Shown one piece after another: positions 26,840-30,963 of a stretch of DNA of 30,963 nucleotides. The DNA is taken from positions 1-30,963 of the IMG/VR virus record IMGVR_UViG_3300012952_000074; one strand, given 5' to 3'. This DNA comes from a virus. Lineage: Duplodnaviria > Caudoviricetes. The stretch's first letter is position 1, and each line of letters starts with the position of its first letter. The position numbers and the translations under genes are program-made. The notes under the pieces were generated by a model. That model saw only the letters and a list, made by a program, of their open reading frames with translations. It did not search any database and had not been told where the DNA came from.

Positions 26840-27922
26840 TTATTTAATACCTGCTAACGCCCGCCACCTTTCGGAGGCTGGGTCGTCGTTTTTCTCTGCT
26901 TTGCGCTCTGAAGCTGCTAGCAGAATAGTAGAGGAAGTTTTGTTTACTGCTTCACTCAGTGATTTTGGCTGCTTTTTAGAGGTGCTGCCCACTGTGCTTT
27001 GAAGTGTTTCGAAAATAGTTTTCGCTTCCTCGACACTTTTGGCATTAGATAACGCTTCGGCAATTGTATTTTTTTGCCGCTCATTCAGGGAGGCGCTAGT
27101 TAACGCTTTATTAGTGTATAGTAACCTTGCATTTAAAATACTACTCTCTTCGACTTTCTCTCTGAGAGTTTCTACTAATTGCACAAGTTTTTGTTCGTTT
27201 TGTTGATGCTGTTCTATCTTACTTTTGTTTTTAGTAAGAGCTTTATTTAATTTGGTATTAGATTCATTAAGCTTTTCTGCTTGTTCTTCTAATTTCTCGA
27301 CAGCTTTTCTTAATTCTTCATTCTTTTCTTTTATTTCGGTATCTTGTTCGCGGGCTAATAATTCCTCTGCGGCTTCTTCTAGCTCTGACTCAGGGGTACC
27401 TGCCCAACCAGATTTTTCTGGTTTGATATCTACTCTTATTGTTTCTGTTAGTTCTTCAACTAATTCTTCCAAAAGACTCGAATCTAATTCTACGTCTTCT
27501 TCAAGTGCGCCACCAGCATTAACAACATCTGCTGCCATTTGCTCGCGAGATTCTAAATCCGACTCCGGACCAAGAGTATCTTCAACTTTTCGAGCGAGCG
27601 CGTCTAGATCTAATTCAATATATGCGTCGGGGCCACCTTCTTCTGCATCGTCAGGGCAACCACAGAGATCTTCACCATCGTGTGCTGCTAGTGGCATACC
27701 GTCTACTACTGGTTCGTCAGCGCCGGGTTCGCCCGGGGTGACGGCTTCTTCGTCTCCAAAGAAATCAGCCACGGGATCCTCTTCTGGTTGTTCTAGAAGA
27801 GTTTCAACCGCTTCTTTGATTTGATCAGAGTACTTATCAATTATCGCAGCTTCTGCGTTTTTTAAAGCTACTTCTCTTAGTGCTTCAGCGTCAATTATCG
27901 CTTGTTCTAACATTGAAGACAT
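26840..27922 (-). CDS. Prohead scaffold/core protein (gp22-like)
   Basis: Very acidic, coiled-coil, many L-x-E sites, ends RWRALAGIK; immediately upstream of the capsid gene. Confidence 0.8.
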   Translation of the reverse strand: MSSMLEQAIIDAEALREVALKNAEAAIIDKYSDQIKEAVETLLEQPEEDPVADFFGDEEAVTPGEPGADEPVVDGMPLAAHDGEDLCGCPDDAEEGGPDAYIELDLDALARKVEDTLGPESDLESREQMAADVVNAGGALEEDVELDSSLLEELVEELTETIRVDIKPEKSGWAGTPESELEEAAEELLAREQDTEIKEKNEELRKAVEKLEEQAEKLNESNTKLNKALTKNKSKIEQHQQNEQKLVQLVETLREKVEESSILNARLLYTNKALTSASLNERQKNTIAEALSNAKSVEEAKTIFETLQSTVGSTSKKQPKSLSEAVNKTSSTILLAASERKAEKNDDPASERWRALAGIK

Positions 27923-27957
27923 TTATAATTCTCCTGGAAGATAAAAATTGTCATAAA

Positions 27958-27965
27958 TAAATAGT
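27958..27965 (-). promoter_or_regulatory. Putative late promoter element ACTATTTA
   Basis: Exact motif upstream of scaffold-capsid. Confidence 0.7.
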
Positions 27966-28004
27966 ATATTACTGATGTAAAAGACTTTTTTCATAGCGTT
28001 CTAG

Positions 28005-28916
28005 TTAGTCAACACTAACCACACTCCATCCACTTCCGTTATAGAAGTTCAATTTATTAGTTGATATATTATAATAAATTTGGCCTGTGGTAGGTGATCC
28101 CATGCCATGTAGCGCATTTAAAACAGCGGTATCAGCGTGAGGTATTCTAACTGATCCTGTAAATTCTGTGGAGCCAGTGAATTGTATGTTCGGGCCACCA
28201 GCCATTATCTTGCCTACCACTAGAGAATTTCTAATAGTTGCAGAACCAGTTACACCAAGATTACCAGCAGTTTCGACGCCACCAACATTTATAAATTTAC
28301 CAGATCCGGACATTGTTCCAAGTATAATGCTTCCACCTCGAATTAATATCGATCCGGTTACTCCAACAGTGCCTTGTGTTTGAATACCACCAACGTTGAA
28401 TATTTTTCCGGAGCCCGAGAGATCCCCTAGGTGTGTTAACATGTTGGTAACTGCCATGCCGCCTTTAACTGTGGTATAAGGAGGTGTTATTCCGTTTTCG
28501 TGGCCACCGATAGTTATACCCGAGCCACTAAGAACCAGGCCGGCCGGGTTTGATCCAGAAATTACTAGTTTGTCGTCACCGGTTTCGCGGTATACTATTA
28601 GTGATTCTTTTTCAGAACCAAAATAAAGAGAGCCAGACACACCTAGGTCACCAGCAGTGTAAAGACCCTTAACAAATCGACCTTCGCCGGAGCCGGAAAC
28701 ATCTCCTGCGGATGTTGCTGTAGGCATATTATAAAGATTGCCATAATTGTATATTGTATTGCCGCTGACTTCTAAAGAGCCAGTAATTAGCAGTGAACCA
28801 GAAACAATTACAGATCCAGTCATTTCTGTTTTTTGCTCGCCCTGTTTGTTCTCTGTGACAATAGAGCCTGTGCCGTAGATTGTTTGTCCTTCTGAACCGC
28901 TTACTATTAATGGCAT
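28005..28916 (-). CDS. Gly/Ser-repeat fibre-like virion protein
   Basis: Many (S/T)GS turns, three copies of the SGSGK repeat, C-terminal GQIYYN.STNKLNFYNGSGW module typical of phage fibres. Confidence 0.7.
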   Translation of the reverse strand: MPLIVSGSEGQTIYGTGSIVTENKQGEQKTEMTGSVIVSGSLLITGSLEVSGNTIYNYGNLYNMPTATSAGDVSGSGEGRFVKGLYTAGDLGVSGSLYFGSEKESLIVYRETGDDKLVISGSNPAGLVLSGSGITIGGHENGITPPYTTVKGGMAVTNMLTHLGDLSGSGKIFNVGGIQTQGTVGVTGSILIRGGSIILGTMSGSGKFINVGGVETAGNLGVTGSATIRNSLVVGKIMAGGPNIQFTGSTEFTGSVRIPHADTAVLNALHGMGSPTTGQIYYNISTNKLNFYNGSGWSVVSVD

Positions 28917-30520
28917 TAGTCTTCGATCTCCTCAAGCACCATCTTATATTTTTTACTTGTTTTGTTATTGATCACAGATAAATAATCTTCTTCCTCAACA
29001 ATTGTCCAATCACCTCTATCATTTTTCAAATGAAGGTCACCGGTGTAAATGTTTGCCCAGCGCTTAGACGCGGATCCGAGATCAAATGTATTGTCAGTTC
29101 TTGGCATTACGTTGCCGGCGGTGACTGATCCGGTTACACCAAGGTCTGCAGCAGTTTCAATGCCACCAAGATTAAAGATCTTGCCCGAACCAGATATATC
29201 ACCAGAAACCATCAAGGGGTGAGTTACAGATGCAGCGGCGGCATAGCCAATTTGTGCTGAAGAAGCAAACCTTGAGTTGCCGTTTATAACACTTGCTCCT
29301 AGAATTGTAGCAGAACCTGTTACGCCGAGGGATCCAACAGTCTCGATGCCACCTTCGTTGAATATTTTTCCAGAGCCCGATATATCGCCGGCAACTGTTA
29401 AATGGTGCTTGTTGCCCACATCTCCAATTGCTAGTTTTTGAGTAAATTGCGAATTCGAGTATCCTACCAGCGCGCCCTTCAATGTAGAAGAGCCTGTTAC
29501 ATACAGGCCTCCTTCCATCACAACATTGCCTTCAGTGATAATCTTGCCGGATCCGGATATATCTCCACGAACTGTTAAAGTGTGCGTGGGAAATAAGCTG
29601 TTTCCTAGGTTAAGTTTTCTATCTGCTATCGCCCATACGTAATCACCCGAATTGACATCAAACAATCCAAGACGTCGGCCCGATTGATGATATTGATAAT
29701 GTGTATTCCCAGCCGAAGATGTCAAAGTAAGAGCAAATTGATTATGGCATGTCAGCGAGCCTGAAATAGTTGCTGATCCGGTTACACCAAGACTGCCTTG
29801 TGTCTCGATGCCACCTACGTTTAGAATCTTGCCAGAACCTGATATGTCGCCGGCTATTGTTAATTTGTGGCTCGGACTAGTTACTCCGATTCCCACTTTG
29901 CCAGTGGATCCAGTCGTGATCAATATATTGCTGGTACTACCTTCAACAAAAAATGCTTTTTGGATCCCCTCCGCATTGACATAAAAATCAACATCGCTTT
30001 TATTTGGATTGACTGCGAGGTAAGGATCACCAATAGTAGTACCCCAAGATTCTAAAATTTCATCATCGTCTACGAAGAGAGAAAATCCGCCATTATTAAA
30101 ACCTATATATGTATCTCTTTGTGTGTCGAGTCTAGAGCGAATTTTTTGAACATCTAGATCGCCATACGCCGTAAGAGTGCCAGAAACATCTAAATTATCT
30201 GTTAGAGAAGCTGGCTGAGCCATTGTTACTCTACCAGTAAATGCATGTGTATCGTCATTAGAGTTTCCTAAGTTTGATGAGCCATAAGTTAATATTCCGC
30301 CACCTACTAAAGTTCCTGTCGCCTGAATATTCTGGGCCGATCTTACACCCTGGACAAATATTCCCATGGCAGAGCTGGAAATATTATTAGTCGCTTCAAC
30401 ACTATCATAGCTAGTCGCAGTGATTGTTCCCGAAACCCCTAAGTCTCCTGCAGTTTCGATGCCGGCCAGATTAAAGATTTTTCCGGATCCGGATAAGTCA
30501 CCAACTATAGTTACAGGATG
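28240..30520 (-). repeat. About 30-aa dispersed repeat shared by the two fibre genes (8 clear copies)
   Basis: Consensus H.LT(I/V).GD(I/L)SGSGKI.N.GGIET.G.LGV(T/S)GS; exact DNA 19-mer CTGATCCGGTTACACCAAG at 29125 and 29773. Confidence 0.85.
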
Positions 30521-30963
30521 TGACACCGCCACGCTGGCGGCGTTATTTCCAAGAACGACCTTGCCGTCTCTCGTTAAGAAGGGATAGTTAGTGTTGCCGG
30601 CACTTTTATCTGTTAAGTAAAAACTTCTGGCTGCCTGATTAAACTCAAAGAGAGTGTTTTGTGCAGAAGATGTTGTTCTGAAGAAGATTGGCGCTGCCGT
30701 AGACTCGATCCTCTGAGACGTATACAAAACACCAGTGTGAAAAGTCTTAGTAATAAATTGTGTGTTACCTGCAACATATAAACTACTACGGGCGCTTGTG
30801 GCGCCTCCGAGGTCTACGCTTCCGGTAAACATGTGTACGTCGCCACTAGTATTACCAAATGTTGTAGAGCCACTCTTGTGTAACGTAGTGGAAACAACTG
30901 TATGATTATGTTCTGTAGTGTGGAATTGTTCGGCATAAACATTTCCACTTACATATACTGAGC
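28916..30963 (-). CDS. Long repeat-rich fibre-like protein, 5'-truncated by the window edge
   Basis: The frame is open upstream of the track's ATG 30832 to the window end (SVYVSGNVYAEQF...SGSTTFGNTSGDVHMFTGS). It has five SGSGKI repeats and ends FDLGSASKRWANIYTGDLHL...W.IVEEED. Confidence 0.8.
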   Translation of the reverse strand, partial: SVYVSGNVYAEQFHTTEHNHTVVSTTLHKSGSTTFGNTSGDVHMFTGSVDLGGATSARSSLYVAGNTQFITKTFHTGVLYTSQRIESTAAPIFFRTTSSAQNTLFEFNQAARSFYLTDKSAGNTNYPFLTRDGKVVLGNNAASVAVSHPVTIVGDLSGSGKIFNLAGIETAGDLGVSGTITATSYDSVEATNNISSSAMGIFVQGVRSAQNIQATGTLVGGGILTYGSSNLGNSNDDTHAFTGRVTMAQPASLTDNLDVSGTLTAYGDLDVQKIRSRLDTQRDTYIGFNNGGFSLFVDDDEILESWGTTIGDPYLAVNPNKSDVDFYVNAEGIQKAFFVEGSTSNILITTGSTGKVGIGVTSPSHKLTIAGDISGSGKILNVGGIETQGSLGVTGSATISGSLTCHNQFALTLTSSAGNTHYQYHQSGRRLGLFDVNSGDYVWAIADRKLNLGNSLFPTHTLTVRGDISGSGKIITEGNVVMEGGLYVTGSSTLKGALVGYSNSQFTQKLAIGDVGNKHHLTVAGDISGSGKIFNEGGIETVGSLGVTGSATILGASVINGNSRFASSAQIGYAAAASVTHPLMVSGDISGSGKIFNLGGIETAADLGVTGSVTAGNVMPRTDNTFDLGSASKRWANIYTGDLHLKNDRGDWTIVEEEDYLSVINNKTSKKYKMVLEEIED

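Noticed and set aside
27225-27824. 199-aa Ser-rich plus-strand ORF
   Set aside because: Antisense shadow of the Glu-rich scaffold gene.
28240-30520. CRISPR array or diversity-generating retroelement repeats
   Set aside because: The repeats are in-frame coding units that vary at synonymous positions with irregular spacing; no adenine-specific pattern, reverse transcriptase or cas gene is seen.
30830-30832. Track's ATG start for the long fibre gene
   Set aside because: It is an internal Met; the frame stays open to the window edge and lies in the middle of a repeat motif.
1-30963. Stop-codon reassignment as seen in some large phages
   Set aside because: The standard code yields full-length conserved genes at high density, and TAA, TAG and TGA all end genes.

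Overview
This is a 31-kb segment of a large T4-related contractile-tailed phage, with every supportable gene on the minus strand. In transcription order (right to left) it carries two Gly/Ser-repeat fibre-like genes, scaffold, gp23-type major capsid protein, gp13/14/15-like neck and tail-completion proteins, sheath and tube. Next come a tail chaperone pair joined by a probable +1/-2 frameshift, tape measure, tube initiator, LysM protein, baseplate hub and a degenerate M15-peptidase-like protein. A miniature family-A polymerase overlapping a divergent tubulin/FtsZ-family gene follows. The left end is a replication block: gp32-like SSB, RecA/UvsX, 5'-3' exonuclease, DnaB-like helicase, and a class II ribonucleotide reductase missed by the ORF track. 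Two promoter classes are visible: sigma70-type before ssb and helicase, and a repeated (A)CTA[T/A/C]TTA element before structural genes. The most intriguing items are the mini-PolA/tubulin pair at the end of the tail operon, a candidate antisense three-way-junction small RNA between ssb and recA, the frameshift, and the M15-like pseudo-enzyme. All calls are by eye; no searches were run.
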